A DNA stretch of 64,000 nucleotides from assembly GCA_047967505.1 (NCBI GenBank), contig CM106538.1; one strand, written 5' to 3'. Positions 26,923 through 40,108 of this stretch are shown here, one piece after another. The notes under the pieces were generated by a model. That model searched no databases and was not told the origin of the DNA. It saw only the letters and a list, made by a program, of their open reading frames with translations. Every line of letters begins with the position of its first letter. Positions within the stretch are counted from its first letter, which is position 1. This DNA comes from Dipteris shenzhenensis. Taxonomy: Eukaryota. A program made the translations under genes and the position numbers.

Positions 26923-29270
26923 TGTATTAAGAAAAACAAGAAGAGAGATATAGGAAGAAACCAAGAGGTAGCAATAGTCTCCTCCACAATCAGCTCATAT
27001 TCACCCCACACAGTACAATTGAACATACAATTGAACACTACTAAGGTCACACCCATACATAGTAGATAAGAACGAGTCAGTGTGACTCACTTTATTCACC
27101 TACTCACACAACAACAAGAACAATAACCGAGAGCTTGATTCCCAACACTCCCTCTCAAGCGCAAGTAGGGAGCATAACACCAAGTAGCTCTCTAAAGTAT
27201 GTAAACTTATCTCTACCCAATGACTTGGTAAAGATATCTGCAACCTAATCTTCAGTCTTCACATGTATGAGATCAATCTTCTTTGATAACACCATCTCTC
27301 TGATGAAATGGTAGTGTACCTCAATATGCTTAGCTCTAGCATGATAAATTGGATTACTTGCCAATTGTATACTACTCATGTTATCACAATAAAGTTTGAT
27401 TGGTTTTTCCACATGCAGTCCCAAATCCTGCAAAAGCCTCTGAAGCCAAGCAATCTCACATGTAGCCAATGCTGCACCTCTATACTTTGCTTCTATACTA
27501 GACAATGCCACTGTGGGGTGCTTTTTACTACTCCAACTCACCACTGCACTACCAAGGCTGAATGCATAACCACTGGTGGATCTCCTATCATAGGCACATC
27601 CTACCCAATCTGCATCTGTGTATCCAACTAATTCTATATCCTTTCCATACTCATAAAAGAGTCCATACTGATATGTTGCCTTGACATAGTGCATAATCCT
27701 CCTCATTGCATCTGAGTGAGGCTTCTGTGGCTTTTGCATAAACTGACTAATGAGTCCCATAGCATATATTAAATCAAGCCTGGTAATAGTCAGATAAATC
27801 AAGCTTCCAACCATCTGCCTATACATGGTAATGTCATCAATCTCAGCTCCAGAATCAACCATCATCTTCAAGTTTTGATCCAAGGGAATATCCATTGGTT
27901 TGCAATCCTTCATGCCAAACCTCTCCAGCATATTCAAGGAATACTGCCTCTGCATAAGCCAAATGCCATCAGGTGTTCTCAACACCTCTATGCCAAGAAA
28001 GAACTTCAAGTCCCCTAGATCCTTCATATCAAACTCCATTTTTAGCTTGCTCTTAATTTCAGCAATGCCATCATCATCACTATCAGTCAAAATTAGATCA
28101 TCAACATAAATCACAATCACAACATATCCAGCAATTGTCTTCTTTGTGAACAGTGAATGATCAGCTTTACCAACTACAAAACCAAGCTCCTATAGGTATC
28201 TACTGATCCTTTTATTCCATGCTCTAGGTGCTTGCTTCAGCCCATAGAGAAATTTCTTCAACCTACAAACATAGTTGGGATAGTCAAGGTGCACATAACC
28301 CTCGGGCTGAACCATATAGACTTCAACAAGTCACCATTTAGGAAAGCAATCTTGACATCCATTTGCTGCAATTTCCACCCATTTGTAGTAGCCAATGCTA
28401 TGACAGTTCTCACAATTGCCATCTTGGCAACAGGGCTAAAAGTTTCCTCATAATCTAGCCCAAATTATTGTGCATACCCTTTGGCAACCAGCCTTGCTTT
28501 AGACCTTTCCATTGATCCATCAGACTTGCATTTTACTTTGTAGACCCATTTGCAACCAATAGGATTCTTGCCTTCAGGCAACTCCACCAAATTCCAAGTC
28601 TGATTAGTGGCAAGAGCATCCATCTCCTCATCCATGGCATTCCACCAATGACCATGTTGCACAGCCTCACCAAAGATAGTTGGCTCAGTATGTCCCATAA
28701 CTTTTTGTCATATATGCAATAATGCCGAGTAGCATAACCACTATAAGTTAACCTATCAATAGGATACCTGACTCTCTGTGACCTTCTCACTGGAGTGCCT
28801 GACTCTCCTCATTCATGAGGAGGTATGTACCTACTTTCCTTAACTCCAGGTGTAGACATAGATGGTATACCCAACTCACTATCCAAATTGTCACTACATG
28901 ACGAATCATAGCCACAATTTGATGGCCCAGGGACATCATTTTCAGCTTGTGAAAGCACCTCAACAACCTTGTCTTTCCCTTTATCTCTCCCCCTCACTGA
29001 CATAGCTGTGTTAGTGGAATTGCATAACCTACTAGACCAAGGATTCACTGTAGTCAAACCAGTAGATGTAGGCCCAGATATGGATGTACTAATTTGCTGA
29101 TTTTTATCATATGCATGACTTGCAGATGCATCATTTGGAACAGCCACTTTCGGCTTGCCATACCAAGATTCCAGCTCATAAAAAACAACATCCCAACTCA
29201 CCATAGTCTTCTTGGTCGATGGGTTGTGGCATTTATAGCCCTTCCAGTTCTATGCATAGCCAATAAACAC
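26923..29270 (-). mobile_element. Ty1/Copia 3' half (3' LTR 26923-27147, RH, RT, integrase C-terminus), same lineage as the element at 51804; cut by LTR-X1
   Basis: PPT GCTTGAGAGGGAG then TGTTGGG on the minus strand; YVDDLIL, DADWVG, HIEVHYHFIRE; spacer motifs RRSQRVRYPIDRL and ELGIPS shared with 51804-57331. Confidence 0.92.
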
Positions 29271-30469
29271 TGTTATGGATAAATTTGTCTAAGGAAAAAG
29301 GCATTAATATGTGTGTGTGTTTGTATGTGTGGCAATAGTATAATAAAATATGGTGTGCATAGGGCCCAGGGTTGAGGTGGTAGGGCATGACCATGTGCCA
29401 CCCTTCCACGTAAGAGGACCTATAAGGTGTGATCCATGGTAGTAATATTATAAAATGTAAGGTGGCATGGATCCTCCATGTGCCACCCCTCCACCTAGGT
29501 TGCATCTAGTGAGATATGGCTCAAAGTCCATGGGAGAAGTAATAAAAGGATGCATTTATTGGGAGAGACCCTCTCTCTTGGCTATAAAAGGAGGGGGCTA
29601 TTCCTTGATGAGACATGCTCATTCTTGTAAAGCCACCTAGCTAGTACTTTGATTTCTCCCTTCCCTTCCTTTCAAAATAAAGCATGGTCCTCTTCCCTTG
29701 ATGTCTCCATCTTTACATTCCTCCTCCCATCATGTACACGCTTCTCTTCCCCCTCTCCCTTTCCCCTTGTGTCATAGTCTCCTTCTTCATTCCCTCCTCT
29801 TCTAATTCCTTTTCCCCTCCCATGATAACGTTTTGCCCTCACGTTCTCCTTTCCTCTATGGCCCTCAAGCATTGCCATGCTTAGCCTCTAGCCTCTGGTC
29901 CTGATTTCTTTTTCGGCTAATAGAAATGGAGTGGCTGCTGGGATCGAAATCTCCACGGCTAGTGGTATAAAATCTGTTACTTCTATGACTGGGTGCAGCA
30001 CTGCGGCCTCTTTCGTGTGCAGTTCTCTTCTTTTGCACCTCCAAACTGCATGCCTTCCCTATCTCTATGACTGCAAAACCACCTTGCTTCTGCGCTTCCA
30101 GTTCTCTTCTTTTGCACCTCCAAACTGCATGCCTTCCCTATCTCTATGACTGCAAAACCACCTTGCTTGCTTTTTGCTTGTGGTTCCCATGTGTATTCTG
30201 GCTAGTGAATCTTCTACTCGTACCGATTGCAGCTGCAGAACTGCAACATCTATGCTCCCATGCGTGCATCCACTATGTACACCCATGCGCATCGCAGACA
30301 GAGCGTGACATTTTTTTGGGCTCTCGCATCTTCTAGTCGCGGACTGCTATTCTGGGTTTCTGCAAAACTGTAACAGATCCCGCGCCCCCCTCTCTTCACT
30401 TCTCTTCTGGTTCTCCTCCTTCTCTTTCTCTTTCTCTTTCTCTTCTCCTTCTCCTCTCCTCTCTTTTTA

Positions 30470-30540
30470 TTAAAGAGTGGGATTTGAACCCAAGACCTCC
30501 CCCTTCACAAAAGGGAGACTTACCATTGGGCCAACAGATA
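30470..30540 (-). ncRNA. tRNA-like (His-GTG-type, degenerate) Pol III cassette, antisense in the leader of X copy 1
   Basis: rc TTGGCCCAATGGTAAG (A box) ..CCCTT-TTGTGAA-GGGGG.. GGGTTCAAATCCC (B box); acceptor stem imperfect. Confidence 0.65.
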
Positions 30541-30746
30541 AGAATTGATGAAAATGTAATGATTCTTACTTATATATTGAAATCTCGAAAACTGTAACTC
30601 TCTAATTGTAGGGAGTTTTCACATGCTATAAAAAGCAAAAGTACTTCACTTCATGAGCTCTACTCATATCTCCTACTAGATCATAGATTTTGAACTTTTT
30701 CAAGTTCACTTCACGGATGCACACCACACGAAGAGGGTGGATAATT

Positions 30747-31157
30747 ATGTCACTTCTCGATGAGTTCAAGGATTTGGTGCTTGGTCCTCCGTGCCTTACG
30801 GCTACCAATGGGCGAGACCTCTTTCTTGATCTTCATGTCGATCTGCAACAACTGATTGTACAGTGCATTGCTTAAGGAGACGATGGGTGGGATGATACAC
30901 CATGGATGATTCAAGGTAAAGAACTACTGATACGCTGGGAGAACTTTGATTTCAATTCTACTCATTATATGGTGATCTAGATACTTGCTGCTTCGGAGGT
31001 AATTAAAAGGGTGTCCTTCTTCGAAGGGTGGGATGCTCCCCAAGCTTGGGGGGAGATTTGGCACATTTGCTTATTAATTCCTATGGATAAGCTCGTCTTG
31101 AATGGTTTATTCTCAATCTCACTACCAAGATTTCTAGGCCTTGGCTATGGTTGGTAA
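30747..31157 (+). pseudogene. X leader ORF1 (copy 1), 136 codons, unknown function, two premature stops
   Basis: Same length and frame as 40315-40725, with many synonymous differences. Confidence 0.7.
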
Positions 31158-31378
31158 TGTTTCGACCAAGGAATCCATTTGTACCTAATCAACCCTTTGT
31201 GCCTCATTTTGAGCTTCAAGTCGTAATTTTTTGGTCTAACGATAAACTATCAACAAAGGATTGCCAGTTTATTTGGTGTTGAATGTTTGGCTCAAGTATT
31301 GAATTCTCCCCACCCTCTCCTTCTACCTATCTTAGACTACTGAGAAACTTGGGATGTCTCGATTTTAGTCTTGGTGTG

Positions 31379-31629
31379 ATGACATCTTGGATCCTTCAAT
31401 TTGATGGAGCTTACAAACCTTCGACCAAGGCTGTTGGCATGGGTGTGAAGCTCACTTCATTGGGTGGTGAGAAGTATTGTTATAGCAAGTCTGTCCCTGC
31501 AAGTACATGCAAACAAGCTGAGTACTTAGCACTCATTTTTGGGCTACAAAAGGCACAAGAGCATCACATCAAGCAACTTGAGGGGCAAGGAGATTCTCAA
31601 CTAGTGTGTGAACAAGTTAGTGGAAGGTG
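31379..31629 (+). pseudogene. Archaeal-type RNase HI (aRH), truncated by the inversion
   Basis: WILQFDGA..TCKQAEYLALIFGL..QGDSQLV.EQVSG. Confidence 0.9.
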
Positions 31630-34324
31630 AGGTCTTGAAAGGGAAGAGAATGATGGTCCCTCTTGGTGGCTGCATTGAGTTTCTTATAGTCAATGCAGAC
31701 CCGCCACTTGTTGTTTTTCTTTGGGGTGACACCACTTACCTTCTCAAGAATGAGGTCTTGAAAGGGAAGAGAATGATGGTCCCTCTTGGTGGCTGCATTG
31801 AGTTTCTTATAGTCAATGCAGACCCGCCAGTTGTTGTTTTTCTTTGGGGTGACACCACTGGTGAATCCCATTCAATATTGTGAACCGGAACAATAAACCA
31901 AGCTTCTACAAGCTTTTGCAACTCCGAGCGCAAAGCATCAGTCTATAGGGGCTAATCTCTGATACTTTTGAGCCACAGGCTTCGCATCAGGCTTCAGCTC
32001 TATCTTGTGCTCTATGGCAGTCACATGGCGAAGGTGGTGGTAGCTAGTTGCAAAGAGGTCAGGGAAATCCTTGAACATTTCTACGAACTCGTCTTTCTCA
32101 CTTGGAGTGAGGTCTAGGGAAAGCATAGATTCAAGCTGTTGAGGACTAGTAGTTACCTTTTATACAGGTGGCGGGGTCAGAGACACCCCCATCATGTAAA
32201 CTTTCTCCTATGAGAAACACCCCCCCCCCCCCCATTCGATTCTTCCATTGATTCAGACACCGAGGATGAGAGAGTATCACTGTCTTTCTCCTCTTCTTCT
32301 TCTGGTTTTGTGGCACCTGGTTGCACCGGGATCTTCTCCTTAGAAGCACCAAAAGACATGTGTCTTGTCTTCCAATAGCTGACTGCATCACTCTTTCTCG
32401 ACCATGATCTCCCGAGTATGGCTGGGTAACTCCTACCTATATCTTCAATGTCCACTACATAGAAATTGACGGTGGTGGTCGACCCATTGACAGATGGGCA
32501 AATCCTCAATGACTCCTAAGGTGGCGAGTTGTCGACCATCTTCTACCTTGATTCGAGTGGAGGAACACCTTGTACATTTCAAATTCAATTTCTTCATGAT
32601 TCGGGGCACCATGATATTACATGCAGCTCCCCCATCAACACACACATTTTTGACATGACAATTATCTATGATGACATCGACTGTATGTGGGTGCCGATCA
32701 ATTTCTTCAGAGATAGAAGATACAGGCTCTCTTACCTTTCCCTTTTTCTTGTTCCTCCTTGTTGAGAGCCCTTGCTGTAGCTCACGTCTCACCTTAGGGC
32801 TTAATGCTATTAGTTGAGGGAGTGTGATGCTCAAAGAACGATGAGCAAGGTCCTGAATGACCGAATAGTCTTCTTGCCCCGAGCCGATGGGAAAATCCGA
32901 GGGTGACCACTTACTCCTGCGAGATCTTTTAGTCTTCTCTATTGGTGGGTCTACCATCTCAGCATCTGAGGGCTCTGAGAAGGACACCTTCTTCCTAGGG
33001 TGGCCTGGTCCACAGTTTGGAGAGGGGTCCGAGGTGGTTCTTTTCTCGAGGTCAAGGATCTCTACATCAAAATCCTCAGTGCCAGATTTACTTAGACAAT
33101 TCACCATTGGAATATTGGGACATTCTATGCAATAATGACCTTTCTAGTGGCATCGTAGCATACAACATTAGCTCGGCGGTCTCTTGGAGGGCGGTTGGCT
33201 TGATTTCTGATGCCCATCATCTCAAGCCAAAGATCATTCAGGGCCTTGGCTAGATCATTGACTCCGAGTTCTTTTGCAGGAGGGGCCTCTTTAGCTAGAG
33301 GGGCCGAGGGAGTAGAAAGGAGGGGGGCTCGTGGGCAAGGCTGGGGAAATCTTTGAGGCAAAGGGTCATGAGATGTATACTTTCTGTGATTGTTACTCTG
33401 GGTTTTATCAAATCAGAATTGCCGAAGAAGATGTTCTTAAAACCACATTTGCCACACCCTGGGGGACAATTGCATTCAAAGTATTGCCATTTGGCCTCAT
33501 TAATGCTCCTGCTACCTTTCAAATATTTATGCAGATGGTGTTTGCTCCTTATTTGGGGGATTTCTTGGAGGTGTTTTTAGATGATTTTTGTATATTCTCG
33601 TCATGTAAGGAGCACGTCATGAAGGTTAGGTTAACCTTCCAAAGGGTCAATGATGCAAATGGCAATCTCAACCCAGAGAAATGCACCATTGGAGCCACTC
33701 AAGGGAGGTTACTGGGACATATTGTCTCATCCAAGGGTGTCAAGCCTCTGACCCCGAGAAGGTAGAAGCCATCCTCAAGCTCTCCCCGCCAACAACCAAA
33801 CATTAGGTATGCTCATTTGTCAATCTAGCAGGATACTATCGCCACTTCATTGATCAATATGCTGCTTTGACACGACCCATGACTATGCTATTGAAAGATG
33901 GGGTTGATTTCTCTTAGGATGAGGATTGTGATCATGGGATTACACAAATCAAGAATGCTCTAGCTTCGGAACCCATTCTATTCAATCCAAATTGGTCAAA
34001 GACTTTCTATATCAATCTTGGGTTTGGTGAGCACACTCTGGCACGTATTCTTCTTTAGCAAGGGGAGGATCGATTCATGTATCCTGTTCAATTTACTTCT
34101 CGACAATTGCTCGACACTGAACGATGCTACTCAGAGGCTGACAAGCATGCTTTGTCTTTGGTTTTATACATTGAGAAATTTAAGCATTATGTGGTTGGAA
34201 AGTCCATTATAATCTCTAGCAATGGTCTTGCAAAGTAGGCTCTTCAATCACCAAATCCCATGGGCCGATTGGCCAAATGGTTGGCAGTTCTACAAGAATA
34301 TGATTTTTCTTTCAAAATTGTAAG

Positions 34325-35978
34325 ATTTCGCATAGATCGTCGAACCTATCTTCCATAATTTCTCTGAGACTACTCCATGTTTCTCTAATTCCTCTCAGAG
34401 GGAGCTTCTCCATACCTTGAGCTATCCTGTGCTGAAATCTGAGCAGTAATGGCTGCATATTCAAGGTGAAAATAGAGAAAAACAAGTCAAAATTGAAGAA
34501 GCGAGCTATGGCGATCTGATGTAGATTTGCACTCCTCCTCCTCAATGGTCCTTCTATGGTATATGAGCTTTCTTTTGCTTCAAAAAGCCCCTTCTTGTTT
34601 GCTTTGGAGAGTGAGATACAAGCCCTCCAAGTTCAGGCCTTTGCTTTTGACAGTTTTGATAAGGTTTTGAAAGTGATGCTACATTAGATGCTACTTTAGC
34701 ATTTCTGAGGTTTTGAAGTTTTGAAAAGCATTAGTACAACTGTGGCTACAACTTTCTTTTAAGTTGCTATACCTGGTTTTGATTGGAAAGCTTTCATTTA
34801 ACCACCTCTGTGAAGCATGTAAGTGAAAGCATCATTGATTGAAATTTGATCACAAGTCTTTGCTACATTAAATGCTTATATTTTGAAGCTTTTTAGTTAT
34901 TTTTCTAGCCTTATAAGAGAGAAGGCACTGCCTAATACCTGGGTTAGACCCTCTCATGGCTACCATATTGAATATATATAAGTTCAATGGTAAGGGTTTC
35001 CACACATGGTAGATGAAGGTGAAATTTGCATTGATGAGGGAAAACCTCTGGGGACTTGTCAAACTAGCTTCAACTTCTTCTTCAACAGCCTCCAATGCTG
35101 GAGAATCCTCAGCTCCGACATGCCCAACAAGGGATCTTGCTAAAGAGGAGAAAGCATATGGTATCATTGCTCTTGCTTTAGGAGATGATTATATTCATCA
35201 CATCTCTGACTTAGAGTCTCCTTCAGAAGCTTGGCAGAAGCTTGACATGATTTTTGGTGTTAGCTCTGACATCTCAAAATTATCACTTAAAATTTCTTTC
35301 TTTGAATTGAAGATGGTTAGTGGCACTCCTTTGGTTGCCCATGTCAATTACATGCGGAGTCTCATGACTCAACTTGCTTCTATCAATTCTCCTATCACTA
35401 CAGATGATGCTATGGTAGTGTTGCTCAAGAGTATGCCCGAAGATTATGATCATGTTGTTACCACTTTGAAAAATCTTCCTAATCCTAATCTTGAAGGTTT
35501 ATCTCTGCTCTTCAAGAAGAAGAAAGGCACATGGAACTCTGGAGAGGCAATGACATAGCCTCTGCCATAAAAATCTAGAAGGGCAAGTTTTCACCTTGCA
35601 ACCATTGTGGGAAGACAAATCACCTCTCAAAAGACTGCTTCAAGATCAATCCATGCAAACACTGTGGCAAAAACAATCATCATGAAAAGTTTTGTAGAGC
35701 CAAAAAGGCAGCAACTTCAAAGACAGAAAATGCCAATCTACTTTCAGTTGATGTGCCTCCACAAGATGAGGCATCCTTTGAAGATTATGCTTTTTGAATC
35801 ATCTCTATTGTGCTCCAAATCTCTCTTTTATTGAGTCAAGGTACTCAGCTTGGTCCTCCAAAATGAATGAAATAAACTATTGTGTGTTTTGTAAACACCT
35901 CTGGTCACCATATGATGTAGGCCATGTGTATGTGTTTTTTGCTCCATGGTACCTCCTGCAGACATTGTGTGCATGTAC
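34325..35978 (+). mobile_element. Gag-only Copia-type element Z (partial, no LTR seen); gag pseudogene 34956-35797
   Basis: KFNGKGFHTW*MKVKF..LALGDDYIHHI..; two CCHC knuckles; ends EDYAF*; close homolog of gag 49557-50348. Confidence 0.8.
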
Positions 35979-36312
35979 TGTTATGGATAAAATTGTCTAA
36001 GGAAAAAGGCATTAATATGTGTGTGTGTTTGTATATGTGGTAATAGTATAATAAAATATGGTGTGCATAGGGCCCAGGGTTGAGGTGGCGGGGCATGACC
36101 ATGTGCCACCCTTCCATGTAAGAGGACCCATAAGGTGTGTTGTACATAATCCATGATAGTAATATTATAAAATGCAAGGTGGCATGGCTCCTCCATGTGC
36201 CACCCCTCCACGTAGGCTGCATTTAGTGAGATATGGCTCAAAGTCCATGGGAGAAGCAATATAAAATAGGTGGAGATAGATATTATATTGAGTTATTCCC
36301 TCCATATGGGAT

Positions 36313-38909
36313 TGAAGGCACAGGAACGGAATGAAAATGGAAATGAAATGACAATACAAGTGCAAAGCAATGATAACCAAGAGTACTCACATGTAGGCCA
36401 AGAGAGCTTGATGTTGATTGATGTGACAAAACTAGAAAGTACAATGCCTTTATAGAATAGGCACACACACTCTAGCTGTCACATGTATATGGGATAAGTC
36501 CCATAGTGACACATGGCACTCTAGGATATAAAGTAGTCTAGTACTATTCTAGAACACTAGAAAACACTCACTTTGGCTTCATGTTCCAACACCCCCCCAT
36601 GAAGGCAAGGTGAGAGATTACTAGAATGGAGCCAAGAACAAGACATGACATGATGAATCTACTAATCTGTACATCCCAAATAGCTCAGAGGCTCAAAAGA
36701 GAAGCATGGCTACTTGACCCAACAAAACAGTCTAGGGAGTGCACCAACATCCTGGAAGTCGGCCAGGCCTGATAACAAAATCCATCAATGCCAATAATAG
36801 GGCTCCCATAGTACATCCCCCCCTGGCTTCATAACATGAATGGTAGGAAGCCACACACAAATAAAGTAAAAGAGAATAACATCATTTTAGGAGGACTATC
36901 CAAGGCTGAGAACCTTTATTGACTCAACACACATGATTTATTTACATTCATTTTAGGGGGACTCCCAAGGCAGAGTACCTTCGACACACTCAAAAAACAA
37001 AGTCAAGATCATCTGGTGCATAGACCTCTTCATCTAGAGAGAGATCTTGAGCAGTGAGAGCATGAATTGGAGTAGAGATGTCTGCATCGTCTTCGTCTTC
37101 CTTGGATATAGTCCCAACCAAGTTGGCATGGTCTTTAGATTGTTGTTTGGCCAGCTTCTGGAAGCAACAAACTTTGGTGTGACCAAGCTTCCCACAGTTA
37201 AGTGCACTTGATAGGTTTGAAGTTACCTTTTCCTTTAGGAAACGTCCCTTTAGAAAATAGTGCATTGGCGTCAGGAGTATCAATATGCCTTCTTTCATGA
37301 TCAAGAAGCATAGCAACCATGTCATGGTAGCTCATGCTTGCCACTCTTAATGCTGGTATAATCTCCCGATACTTAGGAATGTCTTAAATGCTTGTGAGGA
37401 GCACCGCGACCTGGTCATCATCCCCAACTGGGGCCTTCAACGCAGCAAGTTGAGTGATGAGAGACTCCATATGATTCAGATGGGCGAGAAGAGAGTCCTC
37501 ATGCTTCATCTGGAGTTTGAAGAATTCTTGGCGGAGAAAGACCTTAGAATTGATTACCTTATTGCCGAAAAGACCTTCAAACTTCTCCCATAATTCTTGA
37601 GCAGTGGAATCAAAGTCAAGATGATGAATAACTTCATCACCCAAACCCAAACCAATGAGAGAAAGGGCTTTGTCGTTTAAATTCTCCCAGTGTAGAATTT
37701 TCTTCTCATCCGATTGTGGCTTTTTATCCTTGCCACAAACCACATTCCACACCCCGTCTTTCATAAGGATAAGACGCAGCTTTGTTTGCCATGTCAGAAA
37801 GTTCTTACCCGTGAACTTTTCAATAAAGGCACTTGACTTCGAGGACTCCATGGCAATCAACTTGCAAGTAGCAAATTCAGAGGTGGAACCTTGTGATCAT
37901 TAATATCTCAAGTAGGAAATGAAGCAGGGAGCCACGAGCTAGATCCAGGAGTAGCCACGAATTAGAGCAAGATAAGACATCACGGGCTGTTGGAGAAATG
38001 TGTGGGGCAGCATGTGGGGCAGCTCCGAATCAGAGAATCATGGGCAAAATTGGATGACAGCCAGCTTCAAGTAGGCGAAAGCTACGTAGGAGAGGGAGCA
38101 ACTTCAGAAATTCGTGGGCAGCTCCTTCAGCATCACGAACAGATCAGCATCAATGCAGGACAGCAACGTGCGGCAGCTCTTCCATTGTCTCAAACAAAAA
38201 AATGCTGGGCAGAGTGGCGGGCTATTCACAGTGGCAATGGGCAGAACTGAAGCGGCCTTTGGAGCAAAAAAATGGGCAGCCTCAGGAGGTCTCATACAGC
38301 AGCAAATAGCACGGGTAGATCTACAGCAGGAATGTCAAAGAAGAGGTTCACGGGCAGCATCAAATAATGCAGGCAGATCTGTAGTAGGAACAAGAGCGTG
38401 GCAGCCTAAACAGGAGCAGAATCTGGGCTTCAACACGGGCAGATTGATGGGCAGTAGGAGCAATTCGTAGAGCAAAAATCGGGGCAGCAGCTGGAGATGG
38501 CCTTGTCTTCAAGATGTCGGGAGAGCATACTCTCTTGCACTTAGAGAAAGAGAGAGAGGGCATGGCTTCTCTTTTTGGCCTCCCTCTCCTCAATCTCTAG
38601 GAGCGAAAGAGCAGTGGCTCTGATACCACATGAAGGCACAGGAACGGAATGAAAATGGAAATGAAATGACAATACAAGTGCAAAGCAATGATAACCAAGA
38701 GTACTCACATGTAGGCCAAGAGAGCTTGATGTTGATTGATGTGACAAAACTAGAAAGTACAATGCCTTTATAGAATAGGCACACACACTCTAGGTGTCAC
38801 ATGTATATGGGATAAGTCCCATAGTGACACATGGCACTCTAGGATATAAAGTAGCCTAGTACTATTCTAGAACACTAGAAAACACTCACTTTGGCTTCAT
38901 GTTCCAACA
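36313..38909 (-). mobile_element. Gag-only LTR element Y (TR-GAG-like); 279-bp LTRs at 36313-36591 and 38631-38909
   Basis: TSD GGGAT on both sides (empty site visible in the 44460 LTR); iMet PBS; G-rich PPT; gag EKFTGKNFLTWQ..CGKLGHTKVCC..DLDFVF*, frameshifted; no pol; ~2 LTR mismatches seen. Confidence 0.95.
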
Positions 38910-40037
38910 GGGATAGGCCCATGTGGGGGAGGTATAGAAGGACTAAGAGAACTAGTTAAATAATGGGGAAAGTAGGATGAGGTGGCAAGATTCCTTGTGC
39001 CAACCCTCCACTTGTCCTCCTAGAGGTTTGAACATATTATAAAATTGGAAAGAGACCAAGGGAGTATCATAGACTTGAGATATGGGGCTTGATTTATGTG
39101 GAAAATTGAGGCAAAGGGTTGTCGCACACAATTGAAAGTGCGTAACCACCTAGCCCATGTGGGAGACTTTTCCACACACACCATGCATGTGGGAGGATAC
39201 ATTAATGTGGAGAGACCCCCTCTTTTGGCTATAAAAGGAAGGGGCAATTCCTTGATGAGACACGCTCATTCTTGTAAAGCCACCTAGCTAGTATTTTGAT
39301 ATTTCCCTCTCATCCCTTCTTTCAAATAAAGTATGGTTCTCTTCCCTTGATGTCTACATCTCAACATTCCTCCTCCTATCATGTACATGCTTCTCTTCCC
39401 CCTCTCCCTTTCCCCTTGTGTCATAGTCTCCCTTTTCCTTCCCTCCACTTCTAATTCCTTTTTCACCCCTATGACATCCCTTCGCCCTCTTGATCTCCTT
39501 TTCTCTAGGCCTTTGAGTGTCGCCATACTTAGCCTCTAGCCTCTGGTCTCGATTACTTTTTCAGCTAAAAGTTTTGGTGTGGCTACTGGGATACGAATCT
39601 CCACGGCTAGTGGCGAATCTTCTACTCGTACGGGTTACATCTACAAAACTATACCATCTATGCTCTTTCTAAGCTACTGCACGTGCATTCGATTCGTGCG
39701 TCTCCTGTGCGACAGTTCTCTGGACTGCTGCGATTTCTGGTTGCGGACAGTTTTCTGCGTTCACCCGCACGACAGTTCTCTGGACTGCTGCGACTTCTGG
39801 TTGCGGACAGTTTTCAACGCTCACCCGCACGCTCACCCGCACGACAGTTCTCTGGACTGCTGTGACTTCTGGTTGCGGATAGTTTTCTGTGCACACCTGC
39901 ACGATAGTTCTCTGGACTACTGCGACCTCTGGTCGCGGACTGTTTTCTGAGCCCCTGCAAAAGAGTAACAGCAGATCCCGCGCCCCCCTAACTCTTCTCT
40001 TTCTCTTCTCCTTCTCCTCTCCTCTCCTCTCTTTTTA

Positions 40038-40108
40038 TTAAAGAGTAGGATTGGAACCCAAGACCTCCCCCTTCACAAAAGAAAGTCTTATCATTGGGCC
40101 AACAAGTT
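40038..40108 (-). ncRNA. tRNA-like Pol III cassette, antisense in the leader of X copy 2
   Basis: rc TTGGCCCAATGATAAG..TTTTGTGAAGGGGG..GGGTTCCAATCCT. Confidence 0.6.

Larger units (their letters stand above)
29271..34325 (+). mobile_element. Gypsy family X copy 1: 5' LTR 29271-30375, leader ORFs, truncated aRH, inverted gag-PR-RT segment (~31628-33357), RT and degenerate RH; no integrase or 3' LTR
   Basis: LTR TGTTATGG..GTAACA homologous to the LTRs at 35979 and 44460; internal sequence homologous to 39971-44459. Confidence 0.9.

Noticed and set aside
30470-30540. Functional tRNA-His gene
   Set aside because: Acceptor and D stems do not pair properly; embedded in a retroelement; kept only as tRNA-like.
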